A stretch of DNA of 64,000 bases from Gammaproteobacteria bacterium (GCA_965215365.1 CBDCDS010000003.1:2304001-2368000); one strand, 5' to 3'. Shown: positions 1 to 10,950, numbered from the stretch's first letter. Notes: a model not told the origin generated them from the letters alone. Program-made: numbers and translations.

Positions 1-494
1 TGATGGTGGCAAGAACCATGCCGGTGCTACGCCAACTCAACCAGGCGTTACGCAGCGGCCAGGTTCGCAAAGAATATGATGCCCTGCTACAGGGGCGGCT
101 GGAGCAAAAGTTGATCAAGGTGGACAGCCCGTTGCGGCGCTACGGGAATCGTTCTGGAGGCGGCAAGGTCAGACCTGATGCTCAAGGCAAAGCCGCCCGG
201 TCTGAATTTACCGCGCGCGCCTCATTTCAGGAGGCCACCCGGGTCAGGGTCAGCATCGGCACCGGGCGCACCCACCAGATCAGGGCTCATGCCGCTGCCA
301 TTGGTCACCCGTTGGCCGGCGATGACAAATACGGGAGCCGGGAATTTAACAGGAAAATGCGTAGCCTGGGCCTCAAACGCATGTTTTTGCATGCCGCCCG
401 ACTCGCCGTGCCGGTACTGCAGGAAACCGGAAAATATCGCTTCAGCGCGCCGCTGCCCGCTGATCTTGAGGCGGTATTGAGGCGTATACCTTGA
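1..494 (+). CDS. rluC: RluA/RluC-family 23S rRNA pseudouridine synthase (5'-truncated by window edge)
   Basis: TGRTHQIRAH, GHPLAGDDKYG and LKRMFLHA motifs. Confidence 0.8.
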   Translation, partial: MVARTMPVLRQLNQALRSGQVRKEYDALLQGRLEQKLIKVDSPLRRYGNRSGGGKVRPDAQGKAARSEFTARASFQEATRVRVSIGTGRTHQIRAHAAAIGHPLAGDDKYGSREFNRKMRSLGLKRMFLHAARLAVPVLQETGKYRFSAPLPADLEAVLRRIP

Positions 495-502
495 GGGCAA
501 CT

Positions 503-1234
503 CTAACGTCTGCTCTCAGCCAGCAGGATTTTCATGTCCCTGACTGCCTGGTGCAGACCGGAAAATATGGCCCGGGCAATGATAGCATGGCCGATGTTAA
601 GTTCGGCAACCTGTTCCAGCGCCGCGATGGGTGGCACATTGTGGTAATGCAAGCCATGGCCGGCGTTGATTTGCAGCGGTGTTTGCGCCGCATGCTCGAC
701 GGCGCGGGCAATTTTATCAAGCTCGGCGGCGCAGCCTGCGGCGTCTGCGCAGTCTGCATAACGGCCGGTATGGATTTCTATCATGTCTGCGCCGGCGGCC
801 ACGGCCGCGTCTATTTGTGCGGCATCGGCGGCAATGAACAGCGATACCTTAGCACCGCCGGCGCGCAGTCTGGCGCAGGCCGCGCGTAGTTTCTGCAGCT
901 GACCGGCCACCTCCAGGCCGCCCTCGGTCGTCAATTCTGCGCGCCGCTCCGGCACAAAACAGCAGTACTGCGGGCGCAGTTTTTCTGCCAACGCCAGCAT
1001 GTCAGCAGTCACCGCCAGCTCCAGGTTGACGGGAATGGTCAATACCTCCTGAATCATCTTTACGTCTCGCGCCTGGATATGGCGGCGGTCTTCGCGCAGA
1101 TGTACCGTAATAGAGTCGGCGCCGGCCTGTTCGGCAACCAGCGCGGCGTGCGCCGGTTCCGGGTAACGCGTCAGCCGAGCCTGACGCAATGTCGCCACGT
1201 GGTCGATGTTGACTCCCAGTTTTATCGGTTTCAT
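503..1234 (-). CDS. pdxJ: Pyridoxine 5'-phosphate synthase
   Basis: [30 protein letters not shown]; synteny with recO. Confidence 0.97.
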   Translation of the reverse strand: MKPIKLGVNIDHVATLRQARLTRYPEPAHAALVAEQAGADSITVHLREDRRHIQARDVKMIQEVLTIPVNLELAVTADMLALAEKLRPQYCCFVPERRAELTTEGGLEVAGQLQKLRAACARLRAGGAKVSLFIAADAAQIDAAVAAGADMIEIHTGRYADCADAAGCAAELDKIARAVEHAAQTPLQINAGHGLHYHNVPPIAALEQVAELNIGHAIIARAIFSGLHQAVRDMKILLAESRR

Positions 1235-1243
1235 GGTATTGCG

Positions 1244-1957
1244 TTACTCCTGTTTGCCCGCATTGAATTGATATAACGCCCGGCTCTGCAAAGGTTTATC
1301 TCCCAACAACCGGCCCAATGAGCTGCGCATCAGTTGTTTAGCCTCTGCCAGCACGATCTTATCAGCCAGATCTTCGTGCGCCAGACCCAGCAGGGTGCGA
1401 CCGGATACTTTCAGGCTGTCGGGAACCGCCGCGTCCCCCGGCAGCGGGCCGCGCTCGGGCAGATAATTATAATCCTGATCCGGCCTGATGGCATTGCCGG
1501 CGGTGTCCGCATCCAGTGCCAGCCCGTAACCCAGCGCTTTTAACAGCCGTTTTTCAAAGACTCTGAGGGTTGGCTGTTCGCGCGCGCGGTCGCTGAGCCG
1601 GCACAGTGCGGTTTCATAAGCATCAAACAGTTCCGGGTGCGGTTCATGTCGGTGCAGCAGCCTGACCAGCAGTTCATTGATATAAAACAGGGCGAACAGA
1701 CCAGCCGCCATATTGGTGTCATTATCCGGGCAGGGTTCCGCCCCGCTCAGCGTCCCTAATTCCCGGCGCATACTCCAGGCGATATTGACCTTGCGCCCCG
1801 GCTGCAGCAACGCCCGGCTGGCATTTTTCTGCGTTCTGCCGCCCTTGGCGACCAGACTGACCCGGCCGTGTCGGCGTGAGAACACATCCAGCAACAGACT
1901 GCTCTCGCGGTAGTTGCGACTGTGCAGGATGTAGCAGGGGTTCAGTTCGGCGCGCAT
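1244..1957 (-). CDS. recO: DNA repair protein RecO
   Basis: YILHSRNYRESSLL, YINELLVRLL; rnc-era-recO-pdxJ synteny. Confidence 0.95.
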   Translation of the reverse strand: MRAELNPCYILHSRNYRESSLLLDVFSRRHGRVSLVAKGGRTQKNASRALLQPGRKVNIAWSMRRELGTLSGAEPCPDNDTNMAAGLFALFYINELLVRLLHRHEPHPELFDAYETALCRLSDRAREQPTLRVFEKRLLKALGYGLALDADTAGNAIRPDQDYNYLPERGPLPGDAAVPDSLKVSGRTLLGLAHEDLADKIVLAEAKQLMRSSLGRLLGDKPLQSRALYQFNAGKQE

Positions 1958-1975
1958 TGTGATGGGTGTCAGAGT

Positions 1976-2893
1976 TCAGGGATGCTGGTATCCCAGAGTC
2001 TGCAACGCCTGCATATCCTCTGTCCAGTCCCGTTTGATTTTCACCCAGGTTTGCAGATAGACCTTTTTGGCGAAGAACTTTTCCAGCTCCACGCGTGCAT
2101 CGTAACCTATCAATTTCAGCATCTTGCCGTTTGCGCCGATAAGGATAGCGCGTTGTGAGCGGCGCTCCACCCAGACGGTAGCATACAGGGTCAGCAATGA
2201 TTTTTCTTCCTTGAATTGCTCAATGGTAATCGCTGTGCGATACGGCAATTCATCACCTAGGTGTGTCATAACCTGCTCCCTGATATATTCGGCTGCCAGA
2301 AAACGGGCACTTTTATCACTGATCTGATCCGGCGGGAACAGCGGCTCTCCCGCCGGCAACAGGCCGGCCAACCGCTGTTCCAGCCGCGCGACATCACGCC
2401 GGCGCCGGGCACTGATGGGTATAATTTCAGCGCAAGACAGCTGTTCCTTGAGGAAGTCAATGTACGGCAGCAATGCGGCGCGCTCCTTGAGCAGGTCCAG
2501 TTTGTTGATCACCAGCGCCAGTGGCGCGGCCACATCCTGCAGTAGCTCAGCAACCAGACTGTCTGCGCGTTCCCATTTTAGCGCTTCGACTACAAACACC
2601 ACTACGTCAATATGCGCCAGCGCGTTGACGACCTCCCTGTTCATAAAGCGGTTCAGACCGGACTTGTAAGTATGCTGATAACCCGGAGTATCCGTGAACA
2701 CGATCTGGTACTCAGGTGTGGACTTGATCCCGCGCAGTTGCCAGCGCGTGGTTTGTGGTTTTCTGGTAACGATGCTGACCTTGTGTTCAACCAGTTGGTT
2801 GAGCAGGGTGGATTTACCCACGTTGGGCCGGCCGGTGATGGTCACATAACCGGCTTTGAAGGCAGGCACTTGTTTCAGGTCGCTAACCGGCAT
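1976..2893 (-). CDS. era: GTPase Era
   Basis: GRPNVGKSTLLN, DTPG, NKLD, KH domain; start set at the internal ATG overlapping the rnc end. Confidence 0.95.
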   Translation of the reverse strand: MPVSDLKQVPAFKAGYVTITGRPNVGKSTLLNQLVEHKVSIVTRKPQTTRWQLRGIKSTPEYQIVFTDTPGYQHTYKSGLNRFMNREVVNALAHIDVVVFVVEALKWERADSLVAELLQDVAAPLALVINKLDLLKERAALLPYIDFLKEQLSCAEIIPISARRRRDVARLEQRLAGLLPAGEPLFPPDQISDKSARFLAAEYIREQVMTHLGDELPYRTAITIEQFKEEKSLLTLYATVWVERRSQRAILIGANGKMLKLIGYDARVELEKFFAKKVYLQTWVKIKRDWTEDMQALQTLGYQHP

Positions 2894-3575
2894 CCGGCGC
2901 AATGATTTCCAGTGCCGCGTCAGCCGCAGCCTGCTCTGCGTCGCGTTTGTTTTTGCCGCTCGCGCGGACCGGTTTGGCAATACCTTCGACATGGCACTCT
3001 ATGGTGAACAAGCGGTCATGCGCGACACCGGTTTCTGCCACAACCTGGTAGCTGGGCAACGGTTTTTTATTGGCTTGAAGATATTCCTGTAACCGGGACT
3101 TCGGATCTTTGGGGATATTCTCCACAGTCAACTCTGCCAGCAGGCGGGAAAATAATGTCTGCACAAAACTGCGGCACTGTTCCAGATCGGAATCCAGATA
3201 TACCGCGCCGACCAGAGCCTCCATGGAGTTAGCCAGCAGCGACTGTTTGCGCCACCCGGCGCTTTTGTGTTCGCCCAGGCCCAGCCTGAGGTGTCGGCCC
3301 AGATCCAGTTGTGATGCCAGACCTGCCAGCGTTTGCTTTTTAACCAGCGCTGCGCGTAAGCGGGTCAGGTCGCTTTCCGTTGCCTCGGGAAATTTTGCAA
3401 ACAAGGCGTCGGCGATGAACAGCCCCAGCAGCGCATCGCCCAGAAACTCAAGTCGTTCATTATGTTCCTTGCCGAAACTGCGGTGCGTGAAAGCCAGGTC
3501 CAATAACGGGGTGTTGCGAAAGTTGTAGCTCAGCAGCCCGCTTATATGTCGTTGCAGTTCGCTGTCGATACTCAT
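2883..3575 (-). CDS. rnc: Ribonuclease III
   Basis: NERLEFLGDA signature, C-terminal dsRBD (DPKSRLQE). Confidence 0.97.
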   Translation of the reverse strand: MSIDSELQRHISGLLSYNFRNTPLLDLAFTHRSFGKEHNERLEFLGDALLGLFIADALFAKFPEATESDLTRLRAALVKKQTLAGLASQLDLGRHLRLGLGEHKSAGWRKQSLLANSMEALVGAVYLDSDLEQCRSFVQTLFSRLLAELTVENIPKDPKSRLQEYLQANKKPLPSYQVVAETGVAHDRLFTIECHVEGIAKPVRASGKNKRDAEQAAADAALEIIAPDAG

Positions 3576-3602
3576 CGTCGGTACTCTTGTAAAGGACGCC
3601 TG

Positions 3603-4406
3603 CTATTCTATCGCAGACCCAATCCGGCCCCAGTCCACATCCCAGCTGGCCAAGTCAAGCAAGCCGTCGTTGCTCCAGTTCATCCAGATATAAAACGCCC
3701 GTCCCACCAGGTTTTCATCAGGCACCAGGCCCCAGTAACGGCTGTCGCGGCTGTTGTCACGGTTATCACCCAGCACAAAGTAATGGCCCTCGGGGATGTG
3801 CCTGTCGATTGCCAGCGGCGAGGCATACAGCGGATTGACCAGGATCTGATGCGGCGTCTCAGTCAGGCCTTCCTCCAGCAGATAGGAGCCGTTCTCCCGG
3901 CTGGCTACGCCGTCGCGCTGATAGACCTCCTGCAGCTCCACCTTGACCTCCTGCCCGTTGATAATCAGTTGCTTGTCCTGGTATTGCAGGTGATCTCCGG
4001 GCACACCCACTACCCGCTTGATAAACGGCACTGCCGGGTCTTCGGGATAACGGAATACGATCACGTCGCCGCGCTGAGGTTGGCCGCGACCGAATACTTT
4101 GGTGTTCAGCGCCGGCAGCCGGATACCGTAGTCATACTTGTTGACGAGAATGAAATCGCCGCGTAACAGGGTCGGCATCATGGATGCGGACGGAATGCGG
4201 AACGGTTCAATGACAAACGAGCGTAGCGTCAGCACGATAAAAAAGACCGGGAATAACGAACGGGCATAATCGACGATCAGGGGTTCTGCGCGTCCCTGAC
4301 CGGTGGATGGTTTTCTGCGACGCGCAAAAAACAGCGCGTCAACAGCCCAGATGATGCCGCTGAGTGCCGTCAGCAGGACCAGCAAGGTGGTAAAATCCAA
4401 GGTCAT
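3603..4406 (-). CDS. lepB: Signal peptidase I
   Basis: [32 protein letters not shown]; ATGA overlap with lepA stop. Confidence 0.96.
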   Translation of the reverse strand: MTLDFTTLLVLLTALSGIIWAVDALFFARRRKPSTGQGRAEPLIVDYARSLFPVFFIVLTLRSFVIEPFRIPSASMMPTLLRGDFILVNKYDYGIRLPALNTKVFGRGQPQRGDVIVFRYPEDPAVPFIKRVVGVPGDHLQYQDKQLIINGQEVKVELQEVYQRDGVASRENGSYLLEEGLTETPHQILVNPLYASPLAIDRHIPEGHYFVLGDNRDNSRDSRYWGLVPDENLVGRAFYIWMNWSNDGLLDLASWDVDWGRIGSAIE

Positions 4407-6199
4407 TGCTCCCCTCCCACATGCAGTATGGCCATGAATGCCGACTGCGGAATTTCGACCGAACCCAGTTGTTTCATTCGTTTCTTCCCCGCTTTTTGCT
4501 TCTCGAGCAGTTTTCTCTTGCGCGTGACATCGCCGCCGTAACACTTGGCTGTGACGTTCTTGCGCAGTGCTTTTACCGATTCTCTGGCAATGATTTTTGA
4601 ACCTATGGCGGCCTGTATCGCCACCTCATACATCTGACGCGGCACCAGCTGTTTCATTTTCGCGGTCAGTTCCCGGCCGCGTCGTTGCGCCAGATTGCGG
4701 TGCACGATACAGGACAGGGCATCGACCCGAGCGCCGTTAATGAGCATATCCAGTTTCACCAGCGGCGCCTCTTGGTAGCGTTCGAAATGGTAATCAAAGG
4801 ACGCATAACCCTTGCTCACTGATTTCAGCCGATCGAAAAAATCCAGCACCACCTCGCTCAGCGGCAATTCAAAGGCAATCGCCACCTGGCGCCCGGCATA
4901 GTGCAACTTCTTCTGTTCCCCCCGTTTCTCGATACACAGGGAGATGACGTTGCCCAAGTACTCCTGGGGCGTTAGTATATCAGCCCGCACCACCGGTTCG
5001 CGAATCGCCTGCAGCTGGTCGGTGCCGGGCAGGTCTGCCGGGTTGTCGATATACAACGTGGCACCGGCCGTGGTGGCCACTTCATACACCACGGTAGGCG
5101 CGGTGGTAATCAGGTTCATGTTGTATTCGCGCTCTAAGCGTTCCTGCACAATCTCCATGTGCAACATGCCCAGGAACCCGCAACGGAAGCCAAAGCCCAG
5201 TGCCTGTGAAGTTTCCGGTTCATAGTACAGTGCCGCGTCGTTCAGCCTGAGCTTGGCCAGTGCCTCCCGAAAGTCTTCGAAATCGCTGGAATCAATGGGG
5301 AACATGCCGGCGAACACCCGCGGTTTAGCCGGCTGAAAGCCAGGCAGCGGGCATGCCGTCGGGCGTTTCGCGCAAGTAATGGTATCACCCACCGGCGCGC
5401 CGAGTATGGCCTTGATGCCGGCCACCACGTAACCGACCTCGCCGGTCTTCAGGCAGGTTCCCGGCGTGCGTTTCGGGGTAAATGCGCCCACGCCGTCAAC
5501 CACGTAGTCCTGCCCGGTGGAAAATATTTTAATGCGGTCGCCAACACTCAAGGTGCCGGCGATGATGCGCACCAGAGAAATGACGCCCAGGTAGTTGTCG
5601 AACCAGGAATCGATAATCAACGCGGTCAACGGCGCCGCGGTATCACCGGTCGGCGGCGGAATGCGCGCAATGAGCGCGTCAAGCAGGTCATCCAGCCCGG
5701 CGCCGGTCTTGGCGCTGACCCGGATGGCATCCATGGCCTCGATGCCGATCAACTCCTCTATATCCTGTATCGTTTTGTCCGGGTCCGCCGCCGGCAGGTC
5801 AATTTTGTTCAGCACCGGCACCACTTCCAGCCCGTTGTCGATGGCCGCAAAACAATTTGCCACCGTCTGCGCCTCCACACTCTGGGAGCAATCCACCACC
5901 AACAAAGCACCTTCGCAGGCCGACAGCGAGCGCGATACCTCATAGCTGAAATCAACATGGCCGGGGGTGTCGATGATATTAAACTGATACACTTTGCCAC
6001 CCTGGCGCGCATAATGCAGGCGCACGCTCTGCGACTTGATGGTAATGCCGCGTTCTCTTTCCAAGTCCATGGAATCGAGCACCTGCGCCGACATCTCCCG
6101 CTCACTCAACCCACCACAAACCTGAATAAACCGGTCCGCCAGTGTGGACTTGCCGTGGTCAATATGCGCAATAATAGAAAAGTTCCTGATCCGCTCCAT
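4403..6199 (-). CDS. lepA: Elongation factor 4
   Basis: [38 protein letters not shown]. Confidence 0.98.
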   Translation of the reverse strand: MERIRNFSIIAHIDHGKSTLADRFIQVCGGLSEREMSAQVLDSMDLERERGITIKSQSVRLHYARQGGKVYQFNIIDTPGHVDFSYEVSRSLSACEGALLVVDCSQSVEAQTVANCFAAIDNGLEVVPVLNKIDLPAADPDKTIQDIEELIGIEAMDAIRVSAKTGAGLDDLLDALIARIPPPTGDTAAPLTALIIDSWFDNYLGVISLVRIIAGTLSVGDRIKIFSTGQDYVVDGVGAFTPKRTPGTCLKTGEVGYVVAGIKAILGAPVGDTITCAKRPTACPLPGFQPAKPRVFAGMFPIDSSDFEDFREALAKLRLNDAALYYEPETSQALGFGFRCGFLGMLHMEIVQERLEREYNMNLITTAPTVVYEVATTAGATLYIDNPADLPGTDQLQAIREPVVRADILTPQEYLGNVISLCIEKRGEQKKLHYAGRQVAIAFELPLSEVVLDFFDRLKSVSKGYASFDYHFERYQEAPLVKLDMLINGARVDALSCIVHRNLAQRRGRELTAKMKQLVPRQMYEVAIQAAIGSKIIARESVKALRKNVTAKCYGGDVTRKRKLLEKQKAGKKRMKQLGSVEIPQSAFMAILHVGGEQ

Positions 6200-6327
6200 G
6201 GAGCTACCGGGTGGTTATGGTTGAATAACGGAGAGGTGATTTTACCCCATTTGCAGGTGCCCCGCTACAAATAGAATCTTCTTACCCAGTGGGTTCAGGG
6301 AAAATAGTATTCGCCTAAGAGTAACAC

Positions 6328-6356
6328 TTGACTATCGAACTATTTTGTTCGAAACT
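6328..6356 (+). promoter_or_regulatory. Putative hicAB promoter with operator palindrome
   Basis: TTGACT-17nt-GAAACT enclosing the inverted repeat TCGAAC-N6-GTTCGA (6335-6352). Confidence 0.5.
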
Positions 6357-6363
6357 TACGGCC

Positions 6364-6577
6364 ATGTAAGGGAGGCGAATTTATTAAACGGGTGAAAAAA
6401 CTGGCTAAAGCTAAGGGATTGCCGTTTGAGATAAACCGGGAACGTGGAAAGGGCAGCCATATAACCCTGTATTATGCTGGTCGGTATACAATTCTGAGAA
6501 ATCGGAAAGATGAAATGAAAACAGGCACTTATCATGCCATGTTGAAACAGCTTGGGATTGATAAAGCGGAGATATAG
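6364..6577 (+). CDS. hicA: HicA-family mRNA interferase toxin; probable 1-nt insertion after ATG 6364, intact frame from GTG 6392
   Basis: GKGSH motif and TYHAMLKQLGI end; directly upstream of hicB. Confidence 0.8.
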
Positions 6578-6580
6578 AGC

Positions 6581-7006
6581 ATGAAATATACTTATCCTGT
6601 CCTTCTCACCGAGGACCCGGATGACGGCGGATACGTTGTTACCTGCCGTGACATCCCGGAAGCAATCACCCAGGGCGATACGGTTGCAGAGGCGCTTGCT
6701 GATGCGGCTGATGCGCTGGACGAGGCCTTATGTGGCCGTATCAATCACGGCAGGGATATTCCTGTGCCTTCGGCAAAACAGGCCGGGGAACGGTGGGTTC
6801 CGGTACCGGTGATCACTGCGTTAAAGGCGGCGGCTTACATAAAATTCCGCGCATCCGGTCAGACCAAGGTGGCAATTGCCGAAGCTCTGGATTTGAAAGA
6901 AAGCGAAGTGCGCCGTATTCTTGATCCGCGCCACGGCACCAAGGCTGCCACCCTGGAACGGTTTATTCGTTCACTAGGGGGCGAGGTGCTGGTCAGTATG
7001 AGTTAG
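6581..7006 (+). CDS. hicB: HicB-family antitoxin with C-terminal HTH
   Basis: YPVLLTEDPDDGGYVVTCRDIPEAITQGDT, RRILDPRH. Confidence 0.9.
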   Translation: MKYTYPVLLTEDPDDGGYVVTCRDIPEAITQGDTVAEALADAADALDEALCGRINHGRDIPVPSAKQAGERWVPVPVITALKAAAYIKFRASGQTKVAIAEALDLKESEVRRILDPRHGTKAATLERFIRSLGGEVLVSMS

Positions 7007-7171
7007 ATCAGCTTACGAGGCACTGGGCATCAGCACCGCACCGGGAGGAGTCCGAAAGAACATCGTCTGAGCCCGGCAACACGTATTCCAGTACCCACTT
7101 GTAGTGCCACTCGGCCCGCCAGAACTGCGTAACCGGCTGATATACAACAAGTTCGTCCAGGCCTATGTTAA

Positions 7172-7354
7172 ACTTGGGTTAGTGTAGAAGAAATTCGTGA
7201 GGCGATGCATTCACCTGAACTTATTGAGAACTATCCTGAAGCTAAATACGGCCCATGCTGCCTTATCCTTGGATACACAAAAGTTGGTCGACCGCTACAT
7301 GTTCACTGCAGTCATGCATCACGGGAACTCGTAGATAACCATGCTAAACATTGA
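7172..7354 (+). pseudogene. DUF4258-family (toxin-like) gene fragment
   Basis: Manual translation IENYPEAKYGPCCLILGYTKVGRPLHVHCS; no N-terminus (in-frame TAA at 7169). Confidence 0.6.
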
Positions 7355-8627
7355 CAACCGCACTATTTTCTGTGATGACAATATTGATACTCTGCCGGGT
7401 ATCAATTCAGATAGTGTTGACTTGATTTATCTTGATCCGCCATTTAACAAAAACAAGAAATTTACGGCGCCTATCGGCACCAGCGCCGAGGGCGCGAGTT
7501 TTAAGGATATTTTTCGTGAAGATGATCTCAAAGACGAATGGGTGCGGACGATAGCGGAAGATGAACCCGAACTGTTCCGCTACCTGAGCGGAATTAGGGG
7601 CGTAGGCAAGCCTTATAACTTTGCCTATCTGGCCTATATGGCTATTCGGCTGATTGAATGCCGGCGTATCCTGAAGCCCGCCGGGTCTGTTTATCTGCAT
7701 TGCGACCCTACCATGTCGCACTACCTTAAAACGACTATGGATTACATATTCGGGGAGGAGAATTTCAGGAATGAAGTGGTATGGTGTTATCGTGGTGGTG
7801 GGGTGCCAAAATATGATTTTGCTCGCAAGCACGACATTATCCTTCGGTATTCCATGAATAAAACGCCCACTTTTAACGTTGACGATGTGCGCATCCCCTA
7901 TTCGGATGATGTTAACGGGTCGCATCCCAGCCGCTACGATAAATCTTATCGAACAAACAAGGTATATGAAGGATACAAGCCAAATGAAAAGGGCAAACAT
8001 CCTGAAGATTGGTGGACGATCCAACCTTTAATGCCCTCAGACAAGAAGGAACGCACCGGCTACCCGACACAGAAACCCCTTGCCTTACTAGAGCGCGTCA
8101 TACTGGCATCCACTAGGGCGGGCGATGTCGTGCTGGACCCGTTCTGTGGATGTGCTACGACCTGCATAGCGGCTGAAAGACTGGGACGTTCATGGATCGG
8201 CATCGATATATCAATTAAGGCGTATGAACTGGTTAAAGAGCGACTTGCAAAAGAAACAGCCAGCATCTTGAGCGGGGATGTTATCGTCGATCTGAAAACT
8301 GATCCCCCGGTACGCACGGACCAGGGGCGCGGACATAAAGAAACAAAATATGTCTATGTCATCTCCCATCCAAATTACCCGGGGGAGTACAAGGTGGGCA
8401 TTGCAAAGAACTGGAAATCCAGATTAAACTCATATCAGACTTCCGACCCTGACCGTCGGTACAAACTGGAATACAAGCTGACCACGCCCTGGTTCAGGGA
8501 AACGGAACAACACATCCATAATACCTTCCCAAGCAAGCACGAGTGGGTGCAAGGGAAACTGCACGACATAACCGAGGCCATCAGGATACACAAGCCCGAA
8601 GCGACCGAGGCACCAGCGCAGCCTTGA
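7341..8627 (+). CDS. Beta-class N6/N4 DNA methyltransferase fused to a C-terminal GIY-YIG-like (T5orf172/MUG113) domain
   Basis: DLIYLDPPF, YPTQKP, LDPFCGCATT; C-terminal YVYVI..YKVGIA...RLNSYQTSDP. Confidence 0.85.
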   Translation: MLNIDNRTIFCDDNIDTLPGINSDSVDLIYLDPPFNKNKKFTAPIGTSAEGASFKDIFREDDLKDEWVRTIAEDEPELFRYLSGIRGVGKPYNFAYLAYMAIRLIECRRILKPAGSVYLHCDPTMSHYLKTTMDYIFGEENFRNEVVWCYRGGGVPKYDFARKHDIILRYSMNKTPTFNVDDVRIPYSDDVNGSHPSRYDKSYRTNKVYEGYKPNEKGKHPEDWWTIQPLMPSDKKERTGYPTQKPLALLERVILASTRAGDVVLDPFCGCATTCIAAERLGRSWIGIDISIKAYELVKERLAKETASILSGDVIVDLKTDPPVRTDQGRGHKETKYVYVISHPNYPGEYKVGIAKNWKSRLNSYQTSDPDRRYKLEYKLTTPWFRETEQHIHNTFPSKHEWVQGKLHDITEAIRIHKPEATEAPAQP

Positions 8628-8711
8628 CCTGTATCATGGCGCTTCAGATAACAGCCGTTGCGGAGAAAGCGGGTTGCAGCAGGATTAATTTCGATACGGG
8701 ACAAACCTGCC

Positions 8712-9440
8712 ATGACATTGTTGTCGTCAACCCCTGCCAATCCTGAGGCGGAATTGAACAGCGCGCGCCCTGACAGGTGTATCACCCCGCCCCGGTCGGA
8801 AGCGGAGTTGTTGCAGCGTTGTCGCGCCCTGGCGGGCAGGTCGCTGGGGCAGGTGGCGGCCGAGTTGGATATTGCCGCGCCCGCTTCGCGCACCCGGGGT
8901 AAGGGCTGGGCCGGGCAGCTGGTCGAGCGTTATCTGGGCGCCAGCGCCGGTTCGCAGCCGCAGCCGGACTTCGTGTCGCTGGGCATTGAGCTGAAAACCA
9001 TACCTGTGAACCGGCAAGGCCGAGCCGGGGAGTCGACTTTCGTTTGTATGGTGCCGCTGACGGGCGCCGCCGGCTTGCGCTGGCCTGATTCGACCGTGAG
9101 ACGCAAACTTGACCGGGTGTTATGGGTGCCGCTGGAGGCCGACCCGACGATCCTGCCGCAACACAGCCGGGTCGGCAATGCCTTTCTCTGGAGTCCGTCG
9201 CCGCAACAGGCGCGCATCCTCGAACAGGACTGGCAGGAACTGATGGAGCTGCTCTGTTTCGGTCATTTTGATCAGGTCAGCGCAAAACATGGGGAATACC
9301 TGCAAATCAGGCCCAAAGCAGCCAACGCCGCGAGCCTGGCCCGGGCCACCTTGGCCGACGGCAACAGTGGCCACACTCTCCCCCGCGGGTTTTACCTGCG
9401 CGCGCGCTTTACCAATATGCTACTGGACAGTTATTTGTGA
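8712..9440 (+). CDS. mutH: Mismatch repair endonuclease MutH
   Basis: KGWAGQLVE..LGA.AGS, PDF...GIELKTIP, LQIRPKAAN, PRGFYLR. Confidence 0.93.
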   Translation: MTLLSSTPANPEAELNSARPDRCITPPRSEAELLQRCRALAGRSLGQVAAELDIAAPASRTRGKGWAGQLVERYLGASAGSQPQPDFVSLGIELKTIPVNRQGRAGESTFVCMVPLTGAAGLRWPDSTVRRKLDRVLWVPLEADPTILPQHSRVGNAFLWSPSPQQARILEQDWQELMELLCFGHFDQVSAKHGEYLQIRPKAANAASLARATLADGNSGHTLPRGFYLRARFTNMLLDSYL

Positions 9441-10426
9441 AATTAAGCCACAAATTCTGTGTGGCGCCGATGATGGCGCATACCGATCGGCATTTTCGTT
9501 ATCTGCTGCGCCTGCTTTCAGGACAAGCCATGTTATATACGGAAATGCTGACTACCGGCGCCTTGTTGCATGGGGATACCGAGCAACATATCCGCTTCAA
9601 TGCCGCCGAACGCCCGCTCGGGATACAGCTGGGCGGCAGTGACCCCGAAGCACTGGCAAGGTGCGCCGGGCATGCCGCACAGTACGGCTATAACGAGGTT
9701 AACCTGAACGTGGGTTGCCCCAGCGCGCGGGTGCAGTCCGGTCGCTTTGGTGCCTGCCTCATGACCGAACCGGAACTGGTTGCAGACTGCGTCCGGGCCA
9801 TGACTGAGGCCAGCGCGATGCCGGTCACGGTGAAAGCCCGTACCGGCATAGACCGGCATGACGATTATGGCTACCTGCAACGGTTTGTCGGCACGGTTGC
9901 ACAAGCCGGTTGCCGCACCTTCATCATCCACGCCCGCAAGGCCTGGTTGCAAGGGCTGAGCCCACACCAGAACCGCACGCTGCCGCCCCTGCAATATGAC
10001 CGGGTGTACCGCCTGAAACAGGATTTCCCGGCCCTGGAAATTATTATTAACGGTGGCATCAACAGTCTGGATGAGACGCAAGCGCATCTGCACCATGTTG
10101 ATGGAGTCATGCTGGGCCGGGCCTTGTGCAACAACCCTTATCTGCTGACAGGGGTGGACAAAGCCCTGTTTGACATGAACAATAGGACGCTTTCCCGCAT
10201 GGAAGCGCTGCAACACTACCTGGACTACATGGAGACGGAACTGGCGCAAGGCGAGCGGTTGTATGCCATGGCGCGACACTTGCTTGGGCTGTTTCGCGGA
10301 CAACATGGCGCGCGCGCATTCCGACGCCACCTGACCACACAGGCGCTGCAGAAAAACGCCGGGGCGGAGGTGGTGCGGGAAGCGGCGGCGTTGCTTGGGG
10401 GTTTAGAGGTAGCCGCTAATTTTTAG
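9437..10426 (+). CDS. dusA: tRNA dihydrouridine synthase A
   Basis: VAPMM, NLNVGCPSARVQSGRFGACLM, HARKAWLQGLSP. Confidence 0.95.
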   Translation: MKLSHKFCVAPMMAHTDRHFRYLLRLLSGQAMLYTEMLTTGALLHGDTEQHIRFNAAERPLGIQLGGSDPEALARCAGHAAQYGYNEVNLNVGCPSARVQSGRFGACLMTEPELVADCVRAMTEASAMPVTVKARTGIDRHDDYGYLQRFVGTVAQAGCRTFIIHARKAWLQGLSPHQNRTLPPLQYDRVYRLKQDFPALEIIINGGINSLDETQAHLHHVDGVMLGRALCNNPYLLTGVDKALFDMNNRTLSRMEALQHYLDYMETELAQGERLYAMARHLLGLFRGQHGARAFRRHLTTQALQKNAGAEVVREAAALLGGLEVAANF

Positions 10427-10465
10427 AAGTGGCCTATAGTGGAAAGAGCAGCAGTATTATCATCA

Positions 10466-10528
10466 CTTATTGAGAACAATCATGTTTCACAAGGCAACAA
10501 GCGACTTGGTGAGATATGCGGGTTAACC
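10466..10528 (+). repeat. Dispersed repeat family A (ends GGTGAGATATGCGGGTTA)
   Basis: Near-identical reverse complements at 34286-34348 and 36414-36470. Confidence 0.85.
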
Positions 10529-10950
10529 CGCTCACAGCCGGGGAGACGCTTATGGCCGCGCTGCTGGTGCTGAGTCCGAGCGGTAGCGGCGGGGCCTTCG
10601 ACAACCCGCTGGTGGCCGGTATTGCCGCCTATCATGACGGTGACTACCGTGCCGCGGCAGACCGCTTTGCCGAGGCCGTGACGGCCGCGCCGCAGGATTC
10701 GAGGCGACATCACTGGCTGGGCAAGAGCTACGGCAGAATCGCCGAACATGGCAACTGGTTCGTCTCCATGTCCTACGCAAAAAAGACGCTGCAACAATTT
10801 CGCACTGCGGTAGCGTTGGATAAGGATAACTACGAGGCAGTACGCGACCTGGCCGATTACCTGGAATCCGCCCCGCGTTTTCTGGGCGGCGACAAGCAGG
10901 AAGCCGCACGCCTGAAACAACGGCTGCAACAGTTACGGGACGCTCCATGA
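10516..10950 (+). CDS. Secreted tetratricopeptide-repeat protein
   Basis: Hydrophobic N-terminus, TPR-like helices (HHWLGKSYG, APRFLGGD); start may be 10552. Confidence 0.7.
   Translation: MRVNPLTAGETLMAALLVLSPSGSGGAFDNPLVAGIAAYHDGDYRAAADRFAEAVTAAPQDSRRHHWLGKSYGRIAEHGNWFVSMSYAKKTLQQFRTAVALDKDNYEAVRDLADYLESAPRFLGGDKQEAARLKQRLQQLRDAP

Noticed and set aside
7341-9440. MTase + MutH as a Sau3AI-like R-M pair
   Set aside because: The protein is a single-domain typical MutH coupled to dusA, and the MTase is neither Dam-like nor a C5 enzyme.
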